Notes under the pieces: generated by a model
What the model saw: the letters and a program-made list of their open reading frames with translations, nothing else
Told to the model about the DNA's origin: nothing
Database searches by the model: none
Position numbers and translations under genes: made by a program
UHGV virus genome: UHGV-0015476
DNA length: 59,873 nucleotides
Source: a virus
Strand: one strand, 5' to 3'
In this document: piece by piece, positions 59,873 to 59,873 of the stretch
Numbering within the stretch: position 1 is the stretch's first letter
Layout of the letters: the number at the start of each line of letters is the position of its first letter

Positions 59873-59873
59873 T

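Overview
This ~59.9 kb window reads as a single temperate siphovirus-like prophage. GC is around 55%, ribosome-binding sites are Firmicutes-style AGGAGG, and the phage carries anaerobic NrdD/NrdG, so the host is probably an anaerobic Clostridia-type bacterium (inference). Every confident gene (~95) is on the + strand. The layout from left to right is as follows. (1) Position 1-46 holds a partial tRNA 3' half on the minus strand, probably an att remnant. (2) 238-13016 is an 'early' region of roughly 40 small genes. Many are packaged as cassettes: a terminator hairpin with a TTGCAA-centred loop, then a strictly conserved 25-nt promoter-like element (CGCGAA-N5-CA-N5-TATTATG, 10 copies), then an RBS and a small ORF. 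This region also holds three paralogous two-TM membrane proteins, a Lar-like Zn-ribbon protein and a DUF3310-like protein. (3) 13020-19108 is the replication module. It comprises a 1379-aa fusion protein (D5/P4-type SF3 helicase, Prim-Pol and family-B DNA polymerase), a protein with an SSB-like acidic tail, and an SF2 helicase. (4) 19154-28882 covers nucleotide metabolism and accessory functions. NrdD is split into a core ORF and a separate glycyl-radical ORF, followed by NrdG, a displaced BppU/collagen-like fibre module, MazG, an iteron-rich AT-rich non-coding region, VRR-NUC and a PD-(D/E)XK nuclease. (5) 28885-31710 encodes a 941-aa YonO-like single-chain RNA polymerase, with both beta-like and beta'-like double-psi beta-barrel signatures plus sigma-like HTH modules. 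A highly structured 290-bp non-coding region follows it. (6) 32265-58474 is the late region: an HNH endonuclease, a ThyX-like gene, a low-GC moron with its own sigma-A promoter and terminator encoding a secreted repeat protein, TerL flanked by two genes that share a ~25-aa N-terminal motif, portal, a prohead-protease/MCP fusion, tail genes with a 1967-aa tape measure, Ala-rich fibres, a CHAP-SH3b endolysin and an SPP1-type holin. (7) 58665-59726 is a tyrosine integrase, with 20-bp direct repeats at and after its stop codon. No rRNA or CRISPR was found, and no intact tRNA. All function calls rest on motifs I recognised by eye; no database searches were run.
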